Shown: positions 13,605-26,529, counted from the first letter of the stretch. The stretch is 64,000 nucleotides of DNA from Octopus sinensis (GCF_006345805.1 NC_043024.1:6696001-6760000), one strand, 5' to 3'. Made by a program: numbers and translations. The notes: generated by a model not told the origin, from the sequence alone.

Positions 13605-14420
13605 GACTGAAAAGGGGAGGGGAAAGGAACAGGGGAGAGAATTAGAGAGAGAGAGAGAGAGACAGTGAGAGAGATTGAGAGCGAATGGAAGAGAGAGAAA
13701 GAGGGACAATGAAAGAGAGAGAATGAGAGAAAGAAAGGAGAGGGAGAGACACTGAGAGGGAGAGAGCCAATGAGAGAAGAGGAGACAATAAAGTAAAAGA
13801 GAGAGAATGAGAGCGAATGGAAGAGAGAGAAAGAGGGACAATGAAAGAGAAAGAGAGAGAATGAGAGAGGGAGAGTGATAGTGAGAGAGAATGAGAGATA
13901 GAATGTGAGAAGAAGAAAGAAGGAAGAGAGATGATGAGAGAAAGAGAATGTGAGGGAAAGAGAGAGAGAGAATGTGAGAGAAAGAAAGGAGAGGGAGAGA
14001 CAATGAGAGAGAGACAATAAAGTAGAAAAGAGAGAATGAGAGCGAATGGAAGAGAGAGAAAGAGAGACAATGAAAGAGAAAGAGAGAGAATGAGAGAGGG
14101 AGAGTGATAGTGAGAGAGAATGAGAGATAGAATGTGAGAGAGAGAAAGGACAAAGAGATAATGAGAGAGAGACAGTGAGGGAGGAGAGACAATAAAGTAA
14201 AAGAAAGATAGAGAATAAAGAGAGGAGAGAGAGAGAGAGACATTGAAAGGGAAAAGGAGCGAATGATAGATACAATGCGAGAAGGACATGGTGAGAAAGG
14301 AGAGACAGTGAAATTAAGAGACAATGAGAGAGAAAGAGAAAGGGAGAGGAAAAGAGGCAATGGGAGAGAGAGAGAGAGAGAGAAAGAGAGACAGAGAGAC
14401 AGAGAAGAAACTTGAAGCAA
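13605..14420. repeat. GA-rich polypurine tract with higher-order repeat units
   Basis: gagcgaatggaagagagagaaagag(g/a)gacaatgaaag recurs at about 13680, 13812 and 14040. Confidence 0.9.
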
Positions 14421-15279
14421 AGGTTTGGGAATTGGTCAGAGAACATTTACTGTTTAACTCCATATTGGTTGGGGAAATTATGACATCACCACCACCACCG
14501 CCACGACTACCACCACACCACCAACGCCAGCAACTTTACCACCACCACCACCATTACCACCATTCCCGCCACTGATAACCATTGTCGCCATCCCTGTTGC
14601 TATCACCATCTCTAACTGCAGCAGCAGTAACCGAATTCTTCCTATTGTTATCATTAAGTGAGGTTTTTTTTATGCCAGACGTGTATCGGACATAGGGATG
14701 GCTTATATTACAATAAATTGTCTATGGGTGGTTAGGAACTACGAGCTGGAGTTTCGTGTATGTGTGAGCTACACACACACACACACACCACACACACACA
14801 TACTCTTGACTCTTTTACGCTTTTACTTGTTTCAGTCATTTGACTGTGGCCATGCTGGAGCACCACCTTTAGTCGAGCAAATCGACCCCGGGACTTATTC
14901 TTTGTAAGCCTAGTAACTTATTCATGCTTTGTAATTTGAATTGATTGCTTGGATGTGTTCCTTCAGTTTAGCTCACAATGAGCACTTCTTAACACGGTGC
15001 GTATTTTGTGAAGTATACATACTTTATAAGAAAATTTCACTTTATACGCACGTATATATAAATATTTATATACTATAATATAAATGCTTACTTAATATGG
15101 TAAGCATTAAGGTTGGATGCAGGCTTAGCTGGATGGGGGTGCTTGTCTCCCCCTTGTAAACATAAGGGCACAGGAAATGTGTCAAGGGCCACAGGAAGCG
15201 TTGATGCTTCCTAGGGCTAAATAGCGGTGGTGTGATTCCCTTTATGGGACTGTTACGTTAAGTTGACAGTATACAACTG

Positions 15280-15333
<54 letters not shown>

Positions 15334-15374
15334 CGCCTTCATATATATATGATGGAAGGCGTTTAATGGCATAA

Positions 15375-15774
15375 GGGATGTGCTCAAGGGAAGGTTGGAC
15401 AGGACCACCCGCGCCAACCTCATCACTAGCACAGTTCTACCTGCAATGTTATATGGTAGTGAAGCATGGGATACAACAAAGAGAGAAGATCAGAGATTGG
15501 TAACGGCTCAAAGAGCCATGGAGAGGTCATTGCTTGAAATCTCGTTGAGAGAGCACATCAGTAGCGAGGTCATCAGACAAAAGTCCGGCGAGAGGGATGC
15601 CATCGTAAAATATACACGCAGCAAGTTTAGATGGGCTGGACACGTCGCCCGGCTCACCGATTTTAGGAGGGCGATCGGGATCACGTGGATGAGGAAGGCG
15701 CGATCCAGAGAGGAGTGGACAGCGTGCTGTGACCAGCGGTATCAAATGGACACCCAACGGACTGGTCGGTCAAG

Positions 15775-15775
<1 letters not shown>
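15375..15775 (+). mobile_element. RTE LINE C-terminal fragment
   Basis: ORF 15380-15778: TVLPAMLYGSEAW, QRAMERSLL.ISLREH, KFRWAGHVAR. Confidence 0.85.
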
Positions 15776-15810
<35 letters not shown>

Positions 15811-16240
15811 GCAACGGTACAATAGATCTAACCATTGCACCTTGCTCAGACGTCTGTTTTGGTGTGGTTCCTACCGTTGAATGACCCTTCTTAATGCCAA
15901 CCACTTCCAACGTGACCTGGGTGATTTTATTTCACGTCACCAGCACTAGTGAGATCAAGACTACGAACTCCAAGAGAGGATGTAAGCTTTATTGTAGGAG
16001 ATTAGAGGTTCAAGTATGAGAGAAGGGACCAGAGCAGATGTAGAGGAGTGACTTGACACCCTGCACCCTAGAAGAGCAAGGGGGAGTGATTAGAGCGGAG
16101 ACGGGAACAAATAAAAGTAGCAGCGATGTAATATCGTTTGTAATATTTACGAAAATATTTACGGGTAGTAATGTGTTTTTGTAAAAGGCTCAGTAAAGAT
16201 GAATATGAACTCAGGATCAGAGCGATCATATATTGAAATA

Positions 16241-17225
16241 TCAGGTTGAGTAAAAAGTAGGCAACGTTTTGAACCATACAGAATTTGTACCGGATTTTTT
16301 CAGTTTTGAATTTTTTTAACATTTAAAAAAAATTGTCTGATAATACAGATATAGACTTGTCAAACACGTCAATAAATTAACATTGATATTTTTTCCATTG
16401 TTGTTAGTATCATCTGAAATGGAAGTGTCAAAGCGCGATATTCGAGCAATTTTGCTATTCGAAACTGTACGCGATATCAACGAAACGTTTGGTGAGGAAA
16501 TAACCAATGAGTGGTCAGCTCGAAAATGGTTTAAGCGATAGCGCAGTGGAGACCTAAGTCTTGAAGATCGTGAGCATAGTGGACGCCCATCCGCCAGCGA
16601 TGACGGTCAATTAAAGACTCATTGAGAAAGATCCACGTAAAACCACTTGAGAACTGGCAAAAGAACTACAAGTTAGCCTGAAAACTACCTTCAACCATTT
16701 GCATGCGATCGGAAAATCATAATAAGCTCGAAAAAATGGGTACCATACGATTTGAATGAAAATCAGAAAATGCTCAGATATGAAATTTGCTTATCGCTTC
16801 TTCTCTGTAACCAGACCAATCCATTTCAAGACTATTGTAACTTGCGATGGAAAGTGGATTCTGTACAATAATAAAAAAACGTTTTTTTGCAGTGGAGGGA
16901 CCAAAAATGAAACACCGAAACACTTCCCTAAACCCGAGCTCTTCAAAAAGAAGGTTATGGTGACAATTTGGTGGTGTATTGCTGGACTCATCCACTATAA
17001 CTTCTTAAAACCTGGGAAAAACCATTACTCCAGAAACATATTGCAATGAAATTGCCAAAAGGAACGTAAAACTGCAACTTCTCCATCCCAGACTGGTCAA
17101 CAGAAGAGGACCAATCATTCTTCGTGGCAATGCTCGACTACACGTTTCACTAATGACGCTCCAGAAGTTGGCTACGAAGTTCTTCCCCACCCAGCTTATT
17201 TCCCGGACCTTTCTCCCAAGACAAG
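16241..17225 (+). mobile_element. Mariner transposon, decayed, 3'-truncated
   Basis: TA + TIR-like TCAGGTTGAGTAAAAAGT. Fragments MEVSKRDIRAILLFE, IVTCDGKWILYNN, KKVMVTIWW, PHPAYFPDLSP with frameshifts and stops. Confidence 0.88.
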
Positions 17226-17252
17226 AAAGAATCGCCCATGTCAAATTTATAT

Positions 17253-17313
<61 letters not shown>

Positions 17314-17355
17314 TTAAAAAAATGGAGTTAACGCAGGTGTAATCAAATATTTTTA

Positions 17356-17439
17356 CTTTCGACACATGTTTCGAAAATTCCACTGATACTATTCAAAAGA
17401 ATAAATGTTATAAACAATGCAATCTTCTCCTCAGGAAAG
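17356..17439 (-). ncRNA. Type-I hammerhead ribozyme downstream of the GIY-YIG ORF
   Basis: Minus: CTTTC-CTGAGGA-GAAG...TTTC-GAAAC-ATGT-GTC-GAAAG. Perfect 5-bp stem I, intact core, palindromic ACATGT in stem III. Confidence 0.82.
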
Positions 17440-17712
17440 TGAAAAAAACGAAACTCGTCAATAAGACATTTTAGCAAAAAATGATGGATTTGTATAGCGA
17501 TAGACAGAACGCTATTAATATTGTTTAAAAAAACGTTATATGATATAATGTCATAAGTAGCTAACAGAAAGAGTAGGGATATTAATAGTGAATGTTAAAT
17601 ATAAAGGAAATTAAAGTTTAAATTATATATAATGATAGAGACTACTTATATGCACTAAATGTATGTTTCTGCCAATGCTTACATCTGTATGCTCGCTCTA
17701 TAACCGTGTTTA

Positions 17713-18225
17713 CTAGAGTATTTTTAGAAAAAATAATGAAAAATAGCTCAGAATTGTAGAGAAGACAGAATTTCTTGCTTTGTCATATGGTATCGAAATT
17801 GAGAGAATCAACCATTCTAAATGAAATTGTTCATTGTGGTCTTTTAAATCCCAAATCAGTTTGCTGAGACCGGTACTATTCCGTTTATTTCTATCCCTAA
17901 ATGTTGAGTAATGGATAGGAATTCTTTTAGATAACTCTAACGATGTACTTCCAATGTAAAGTCGTACTTTATTACGAGTACTGATTATACACTGGTATAT
18001 AGAATTTTTAACCTTAGAGTTACTTGACATAAACTTAATTCTATTGGAATTGACTTCAGATACAATAACCTTGTTATTAATATTTCTAGAGGGTTGGATG
18101 GTATTAGCTAAATTAATGTTAGTATTAGTAAATGTATTAATATTTAACATTTTGTTATTATGAGAAGAGATAATTTGCAAGAGATTTTTTGTGTTATCTA
18201 GAATTGTTTGGAAAATTCCTATCAA
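17713..18225 (-). pseudogene. GIY-YIG endonuclease region of a Penelope-like element (degenerate)
   Basis: IYQ...LYIGST motif and LSKLIWDLKD block. Confidence 0.8.
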
Positions 18226-18423
18226 TAGCTTGACGAAACAGCAGTGGGAGATTAGATTTAATTTGTCTCCCGTAAGGAATTATTAACCAAATATTTTTAC
18301 TAGTATTCATAGCGTAATTACTTTTGAAGGTGTTATATTTACTTTTAGATCGATAATAGGGGATTAAATAAGAGTTATCTGCCTTCATTCGCTTTGTATC
18401 GGTGCGTAAGTTATGTTTATCAA

Positions 18424-18506
<83 letters not shown>

Positions 18507-18592
18507 ATATATGTATGTATGTATCGTATGTTATGTATGTATGTATGTATGTATGGTAGGTATGTATTCTATTATATCATATATTATATTAT

Positions 18593-20010
18593 AAGGTCGT
18601 GGATGATGGTCTTCGCGCAAATTTACTGGTGAGTCCGTAGGTGACCGATAAAACCAATTCTTGCTTAAAAAGATCGGTCGCAATGCGGACATCTAGTGCC
18701 GGAAGGGAGAGTCGCACGTGGTTGTTGTTGGCGTTCCTTCTGTCGTCGTCTTTTCTCCTCCAGCTCTGCAGACCTTTTCGACTCGAAAGTCGCCGTTCCC
18801 TCATTGATGGTGGTTTTCCAGAGTGGTCTGTTTTTTGACGTTTCCTCCCAGTTAGTGAAGTCGATGTCACACTTTTTGAGGTTCGTTTTCAGGGAGTCCT
18901 TGTAGCGTTTCTTCTGGCCTCCTTTTGTACGCTTGCCGTCTTTGAGTTGGGAGTAGATCTGTTTGGGAAGTCGTTCGTCAGTCATTCTAACCACGTGGCC
19001 GCTCCACCTTAGTTGGCCTTTGATGACATAGGCTTCGATGCTGGTCATTTTTGCTTCTTGTAGCACGCTGACGTTAGTTCTTCTGTCTTCCCAGCTGATG
19101 TTAAGGATCTTCCGAAGACAGCGGTGGTGAAATTTCTCGAGCGTTTTCAGGTGGTGACTATACGGGGTCCAGGTTTCGGATGCGTAAAGGAGGGTTGGAA
19201 TAATGACTGCCCTGTACACCATGAGTTTGGTTTCGGTTCGGATGTCCCGATCAGCAAAAACTCTTGTTCGAAGCTTGCCGAAAGCTGTTCCTGCACACTT
19301 CAGACGGTGTTGGATTTCATCGCTGAGGTCTACCTTTGCTGACAGATGGCTCCTAAGGTAGCAGAAATGGTTCACATTTTCCATTGGAATTCCTTCGAGT
19401 TGAATCAATGGCGGGTTGTCAACATGGGCATTGGGAGGAGGTTGGTAGAGTAAGTGAGTCTTCTTGATGTTGAAGCTCAGTCCAAGTTTAGTATATGCAT
19501 GATGAAAAGCATTTAGGATCTGTTGGAGGTGATCCTCTTTGTAAGCTGCTACACTGTTGTCGTCGGCATATTGGAACTCTAGCAAGCTTCGCGCCATTGT
19601 CTTTGACGTACTTTTGAGGCGAGCGAGGTTGAAAAGCTTGCCGTCCATTCTGTACAAGATCTCGATGCCAGGTGGAAGGTCATCTCGTATGATGTGCAAC
19701 ACTGTCGTGATAAAGATGGTAAAGAGAGTTGGCGCTATCACGCAGCCTTGCTTCACTCCGGAGGTGACTTTAAAGGGCTCAGAACTGCCTCCGTCGGTCT
19801 GGACTCTGGCGTGCATATTGTCGTGGAGGAGTTTGAGGATCCGGATGAACTTATCTGGGCATCCATACTGGGCGAGAATATCCCAGAGGAGCTCTCGCGA
19901 GACACGATCTAAGGCTTTGGATAGGTCGATAAAGGCCAAATAGAGCGGTTGGTGTTGCTCACGACATTTTTCTTGTAGCTGTCGCAGCGTGAAGATCATG
20001 TCGGTTGTGC
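18593..20010 (-). mobile_element. RTE (BovB-like) LINE, 5'-truncated, RT open for about 450 aa
   Basis: ORF 18665-20044: TDMIFTLRQLQEKCREQ, FIDLSKA.D, GVKQGCVIAPTLF, QYADD, LRWSGHVVRM. C-terminal CPHCDRSF*ARIGFIGHLRTH zinc finger is interrupted by a stop. Confidence 0.95.
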
Positions 20011-20149
20011 TCGTCGCATTGACCATGACAGAGAAAATTTTCATGGCGATACCTGCTCAGAAGCACAACATATAAGTATTATACTAGTCTCATCTATAAG
20101 TATCCAGACTGTTGTAACGAATCTAAAGCACACAGAGTGAAGCCGCTCA

Positions 20150-20870
20150 GCACAGACTAACCTTGAACTCTGCTATGTATGCGCACTAAGTTTTAACGTT
20201 CTCGATCACTTCCACTGTCTACAGCAGTGCTTGGGAGGAAGGCGATCGTCACATTGACCACGACGGAGAAGGTTTAGCAGAGAATCTGCATAAATTATGC
20301 CAAAAGCTTGGCGATACCTGTTCAGAGGCCTACACAAAGTTTTCAAAAAGTTTCCATCGTTCTAGACATAAGCAACTGAAACCCGGGTGTCTTCTTAGTC
20401 AGCTGAAAACAGTTTTGGCACAAACTTGGCAACACGCGTCTCATACCCAAATTTTCAGTGATAATGGACTGAACTGAACGTAACTAATCGGCACATCCTC
20501 TGATAATTCACAGATGGTGATCCGACGATTTCCCCTCACAGCTGCACGCACATCTGCGATGTTTTGCTCGGTCCTGCTGGTTGTAGGTCTCCCAGAACGT
20601 TCGTCAACATCGTCATTTGTTCGGCCATCTTGGAAACGTCTGACCCACTCGTACACTTGTGTGCGGCTCATACACTCCTCTCCATACTCTTTCTGCAACA
20701 TTGCGTGAGCCTCTGAGCAGGTATCGCCTTGAAAATTTCTCTGTCCTGGTCAATGCGACGATCACAAGCTACACACTTGCCTTCCAAGCGCTGGTTTAAA
20801 TAGCAGAAGTGAGGAACAACGTTGAAACGAGCTAGACCTTTAAAAGTTCATGGTCAATCTCCGCGTGATT
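20150..20870. mobile_element. Two convergent mariner 5' fragments (20150-20335 plus; 20385-20870 minus)
   Basis: Minus: GDTCSEAHAMLQKEYGEECMSRTQVYEWVRRFQDGR...RSGRP. Plus: ..CIKLCQKLGDTCSEA. Confidence 0.8.
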
Positions 20871-20935
20871 TAGCTTCGTTACTATGGCAACAGTTCGGAT
20901 ACTTATTGATCAGACCTCGTATACATATATATATA

Positions 20936-20981
<46 letters not shown>

Positions 20982-21019
20982 ATATATTATATATATATAT
21001 ATATATATACATACATACA

Positions 21020-21051
<32 letters not shown>

Positions 21052-21063
21052 CAAATGCATATT

Positions 21064-21113
<50 letters not shown>

Positions 21114-21118
<5 letters not shown>

Positions 21119-21260
21119 GTGAAAGTGAGGCAATGTGAGCGTTTGGTCTCTCCTGGGGCACCACAATGTCCAGTTTTCTCTTGTTATAAGAGAGAGGAGA
21201 GTGTTGTATGACAACTGGAATAACACGCAAGCGCACACACACACACACACGCACGCACAC

Positions 21261-21301
<41 letters not shown>

Positions 21302-21420
21302 CAAACGAGAGGAGTGGAGTGTTTCTTTGTGTTTATTCTATTCCAAAAAAGGTGTTTGGAGGTCATCAGATTCCAGGATATAGAAATATTTGCCATTTCC
21401 TAAAGCGGAGACATTAAGAA
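21114..21420 (+). repeat. Dispersed microsatellite-carrying repeat, copy 1 (copy 2 inverted at 30541-30803)
   Basis: Two unique blocks separated by (CA)n and flanked by (GA)n and (GGT)n; reverse complement of 30541-30803. Confidence 0.85.
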
Positions 21421-21424
21421 GATT

Positions 21425-21711
21425 GTGGTGGTGGTGGTGGTGGTGGTGGTGGTGGTGGTGGTGGCGGTGGTGGTGGTGGTTGGTGGTGTGGTGGTGGTGG
21501 TGGTGGTGGTGGTGGTGGTGGTGGTGGTGGTGGTGGTGGTGGTGGTGGTGGTGGTGGTGGTGGTGGTAGTGGTGGTGGTGGTGGTGGTGGTGGTGGTGGT
21601 GGTGGTGGTGGTGGTTGTGATGATTTGTGTCTGTGATGCAGGTTCTGATATCAGCGGAGATATTTTATATCTCTTTTCATCATCATCATCACATCATCAT
21701 CATCATCATCG

Positions 21712-21760
<49 letters not shown>
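21425..21760. repeat. (GGT)n followed by (CAT)n
   Basis: Direct read; source of poly-V/poly-H ORFs. Confidence 0.95.
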
Positions 21761-21762
<2 letters not shown>

Positions 21763-22649
21763 ACAACACTACTATCATCAACAAGAACGTCAACCCATTC
21801 TGACATTCCAAAAATGTCCATAAGCTGTAAGATCCTCGGCTCCATCCGTCACTTCACGTAGAGGAAGCTACATTTCAAAACAACCGCGCCCCCTTATGAA
21901 GTGGAGATCATTATTGTCTCTTCAAAGTCGAACATCTTGACGAATTACTGACCACCTGTTAACCACACACACACACACACACAAACATACACATACGTAT
22001 CTTTATGCATACGTAAAAACACAATAATATGAATACACTATTGTGGATACACTTATTGGTGTATCTTATGAGGATACAAAGTAGCGAAAAGGGAGGAACT
22101 AAATTAAAAGAACAATAGGTTCGCCGATCTTATCTCATACAATACGTATAAGTACATCCGAATGGTTATTCAAATTATACACATACATGCGTGAAGACAT
22201 ACGCAAAATGTTTTAAGCGTACACACCTATTAAGAACATCTGTATATATGCATATACGCACGCACGTGTATACACACACACACACACACACACACAACAC
22301 ACACCACACAAACACACACACTCACACACACACAAACACACAACACACACGTACACACACTATCACACATAGTCAAGTGTGTCGCACGAAAATATATTTT
22401 GGTAAAATTTTGGCCGTCTATTTTTAGTTTAAGAATAGGATTCAGTAGGCGCGCGCACATACACACACGTACACATATACACACATACCCCTACATACAC
22501 ATATCTTTTAATGTATGTAGTATAAAGTTACGAGTACTAATAGTTTCCTGCATTGGAGACACGTGTCTAAGCAGATTTTTATAACAGGCCATGAGTGTCC
22601 AAGCAATCTCAAGCACTGAGCACATGGGCTATTAAATTTGAAAATCATA

Positions 22650-22882
22650 AGGCAGCGAGCTGGCAGAAACGTTAGCACGCCGGGCGAAATGCTTAGCGGT
22701 ATTTCGTCTGCTGTTACATTCTGAGTTCAAATTCCGCCGAGGTCGACTTTGCCTTTCATCCTTTTCGGGGTCGATAAATAAAGTACTAGTTTCGCACTGG
22801 GGTCGATGTAATCGACTTAATCCCTTTGTCTGTCCTTGTTTGTCCCCTCTATGTTTAGCCCCTTGTGGGTAGTAAAGAAATA
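22650..22882 (+). mobile_element. SINE family B, full length with 18-bp target-site duplication
   Basis: tattaaatttgaaaatca at 22630-22647 and 22883-22900; head GGCAGCGAGCTGGCAGAAACGTTAGC...GAGTTCAAATTCC. Confidence 0.92.
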
Positions 22883-23039
22883 TATTAAATTTGAAAATCA
22901 GAACGATGATACTAGAGAAACCAAGAGAAAAACGAGAAAGTGGATGCAAAAAGTGGAATGGTGAATAAAAACGAAAAAAGAAAAATGAAAGAAAATTAGT
23001 TATGTCTCCTTGACTGTAAAGCAATAATTAAGCTAGTTG

Positions 23040-23400
23040 TTGTAGAATTATTCAAGGGAGAAAAGGCCAAATTCTGCGACACAGCTGCTCAGTCCGAAGA
23101 AATTTTCCCATATGCTTGCATTTGTTGAAAATTTTGGATCTGGAATTGAGTAATGCTTTGAATTCTTATATTTAAAAGGAATGTGTGATCTTTCAGCTAT
23201 GCATATACTGCTTTCCTTAGATCCTTTAACATATAGCATGGATTTCTCTATGATTCTCTACTTGGTTGTGGGTGGTGTGCAACTGGTTTTCAAATTCCAT
23301 ACACGTTTAGCCAACTTAGTGACTTTCCTTTCGTCGATGTGCAGTTTTTCTGGAGAACACATCGTTTCTGAGCCTTTCCGTGATATACGCCACAAACATA
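23040..23400 (-). mobile_element. Penelope-like GIY-YIG C-terminal remnant
   Basis: Minus reading TKLAKRVWNLK...*RIIEKSMLYVKGSKESSICIAERSHI resembles the PLE block ELSK.IW.LK...KW.I...A.PY..G...C.LC..EK..I. Confidence 0.6.
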
Positions 23401-23421
23401 CAACAACATACACTCCCATTG

Positions 23422-23488
<67 letters not shown>

Positions 23489-24619
23489 TAAAAACAACAC
23501 ACACAACACACATCCATAATAATATATATATATATATATTATATATATACTAGCTGAGGTGTACCCGGTAAAAAAAAATTAGCCTTAGTAAGATGTCTGT
23601 TTATAGCCATGAAACATTTTTCGTCAAATTTCGACATTTTTCAAAAATTTAAAATGTATATTAATGGGTTGGACCAATTTGACAATTAAATGAGCAGTGT
23701 CTGGTAGTGAACCTGTGTTGTTGTCATTGTTGTGCATGTGCATAAAATGGCGAAATGTTACACTTTGGGGCAGATTTCGTCAAATTGATGTCATGATTGA
23801 TAGAGCGAAAAATGCCTAAATTTTACGATTTTTGAAAAATTGATAATGATTGAAAATCAATTTATTTTAAAATACCATGGTTGTATGATCAGAAGTCCTA
23901 ACCACATGTCTCTGGGTTCAATCCCACTGTGTGGCACCTTCGGCAGGTGACTTCTACTATAGACTCTGCCCGACGAAAGCGTTGTGAGTGAACTTGGTCA
24001 ACGGAAACTGAAAGAAGCCTGTTGTATATGTGTGTGTCCCTGCACCACTTGTCAACAAGTGTTGGTGAGTTTACGCCCCATAACTTAGCTGTTCAGGAAA
24101 AGCGACCAGGATTAAAAGATAAGTATTAGGGTCGATTTGTTTAACTAAAACCCTTCAAGGTGGTGCCCCAGCATGGCCTCAGTTCAACATCTGAAAGAAG
24201 ATAGAGATAAAAGGTAAAACATATATGTACGCCCACGTACACACTCATAAAACGTGTGCACAGTTGTGTATGTGTGTCTGTGTGAGTCGTGTGTGTGTGT
24301 GTTGTTGTTTAAAATATAGGCGATCCATACACTTATGGTCTATATTATATATACATAATATATTTCAGTGTTAGCTGTATCAATAGAAGTATATAGAGAC
24401 TAAATATTTTTCTTTGTGATAAAATATATAAAATAGTGTCTGATATATCTTGGATCCAACCGGTTTCAACTCTAAAACAGAATCATATTCTGCGGCCTCA
24501 ATAAAGTCAGTAAACTCGAGATATTTCAATTTATAACGTTGAAAACATTTTAAAATTCAAAGGAAGATCTAGTTTTATGCATAAACAAATACCTATAGCC
24601 AGTATAGTTTTCTGTTTAC

Positions 24620-24662
<43 letters not shown>

Positions 24663-24889
24663 AAGGGAGTGAGAGAGAGAGAGACAGGGAGGGAGAAAGA
24701 GAGGAAGAGAATGGGAGAGAGCTTGGTGAGCGCAGTATAATTTTCAAGAGTATGAGATGTACTTTAGATAAATACATTTGTATTTATAAAAATGTATTCT
24801 GTGTTTAGATATTAAGTGACTTTTATATATAAGGGGAAATCTATCTTAATCAGCTTTCAAGCATATACAAATAAATATCAAAGGTTATC

Positions 24890-25044
24890 TATCTATCAAT
24901 CTGTCCACATATCTATCTACCTATCTATCTACCTACCTATCTATCTATCTATCTATCTATTTATCTATCTATCTATTTATTTATCTATCTATCTATATAT
25001 CTGTCTGTCTGTCTGTTTATCTATCAATCTTCCTGCCTGTCTGA

Positions 25045-25086
<42 letters not shown>

Positions 25087-25089
25087 ATA

Positions 25090-25143
<54 letters not shown>

Positions 25144-25172
25144 ATCTATCTATCTTTCTATCTATCTATCTT

Positions 25173-25230
<58 letters not shown>

Positions 25231-25612
25231 CCTATCCCTATCTCTCTCTCTCTCTCTCTCTCTGACTATCTATCTATCTATGTATCTATCTATCTATCTA
25301 TCTACCTATCTATGTATGTATGTATGTATGTATGTATGTATGTATGTATGTATGTATGTATGTATGTATGTATAATGTATGTATGTATCTATCTATTCTA
25401 TCTATCTATCATCTATCTATCTATCCTCTATCTATCCATCCATCCATCCATCCATCCATCCATCCATCCATCCATTCATCTATCTATCTATCTATCTGTC
25501 TGTCTGTCTGTCTATCTATGTATTTATCCCTTCCTTCTCTATATCTTCTTTTCCCCCTCTTCTCTCTTTCTTTCTTTCTCTCTGTCTCTGTCTCTGTCTG
25601 TCTGTCTGTCTG

Positions 25613-25670
<58 letters not shown>
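24890..25670. repeat. Compound (TCTA)n/(TC)n/(TGTA)n/(TCCA)n microsatellite
   Basis: Direct read. Confidence 0.95.
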
Positions 25671-25671
<1 letters not shown>

Positions 25672-25914
25672 ATTTCTTTCTTTCTCTGTTGCTCATTGAG
25701 TTTGTACTAAATTTCTGCTACCATCATTTGTATGAAGCATCGCTGGCTCTACAAATTATGCGTGGACAGTTTGGTAAATATGATATCGGCTGTTACATAC
25801 TTGGAATTTGAAAATGATGGGAAAATCCACTATATATATAGATACACACACACACACACACACACACGTGCACGCACACACATGCACGCACACACACACG
25901 TGCACACACGTAAG

Positions 25915-26150
25915 CACATCAATGCAAAACAAGGTGGAAAAAATAGTACTCGAATACCCGAGGCAGAGTAATATGTTTTTACTAAAGCTACCAAATCTTG
26001 ATAAAATTGCTGCACAGAATTTTACGTTCCAGTCTGTCGGACAGTTGCAATGAATACATCAGAACTGTCCGATGAACAGGGACGGAAAACTCCGAGTAAA
26101 AGATTTTGTGAAAATCTTGCAGCTTTAATATAAGCATATAATATATATAT
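25915..26150. repeat. Diverged palindromic copy of the 41824-type pLTR unit
   Basis: Inner arms tcggacagtt...aactgtccga; right arm ctgtccgatgaacagggacggaaaactccgagtaaaag; left flank is the reverse complement of the sequence after 41977. Confidence 0.7.
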
Positions 26151-26163
26151 ATATATATACATA

Positions 26164-26206
<43 letters not shown>

Positions 26207-26419
26207 CATATATACTTCGCAGGTGGAGATTTTATACTTTTATTAATGCATTGCTACTTACGTTTCGACATGACATGTATTTTTATGGGACCACCTCACC
26301 ATATCCATAGGATATCATTAAATATTATTTATAATATCCGTGGACCCCATGGGAGCCCATTAATTCGACATGCATACTTTTTCAGACAATTTTGGCATTT
26401 GTCTATGTGCATGTATGCG

Positions 26420-26453
<34 letters not shown>

Positions 26454-26529
26454 TACGTGTATCAATTACACACTAAGAGGAGAACCAGTAATTGGTCTTC
26501 TTACATGCTGAAAAGAGATATCAAATCCC

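Larger units (their letters stand above)
17356..18430 (-). mobile_element. Penelope-like element 3' part: RT-thumb/linker + GIY-YIG endonuclease + terminal hammerhead
   Basis: ORF 18194-18460 ([14 protein letters not shown]...IDRNFP) and ORF 17713-18225 (IYQCII...LYIGST...KRIPIH.STFR...STGLSKLIWDLKD). Confidence 0.88.

Noticed and set aside
13479-14446. 313- and 317-aa Ser/Leu-rich ORFs
   Set aside because: Translation of the GA-rich tract, which lacks stop codons by composition.
21425-21845. Poly-Val/His/Asp ORFs (also 29779-30443, 49229-49606, 56079-56811)
   Set aside because: Trinucleotide and CT repeats; no splice or homology support.
24440-24510. Minus-strand GAAACCGGT with a hairpin, possible hammerhead relic
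   Set aside because: The CTGANGA core has at least two mismatches and there is no stem I or GUH.
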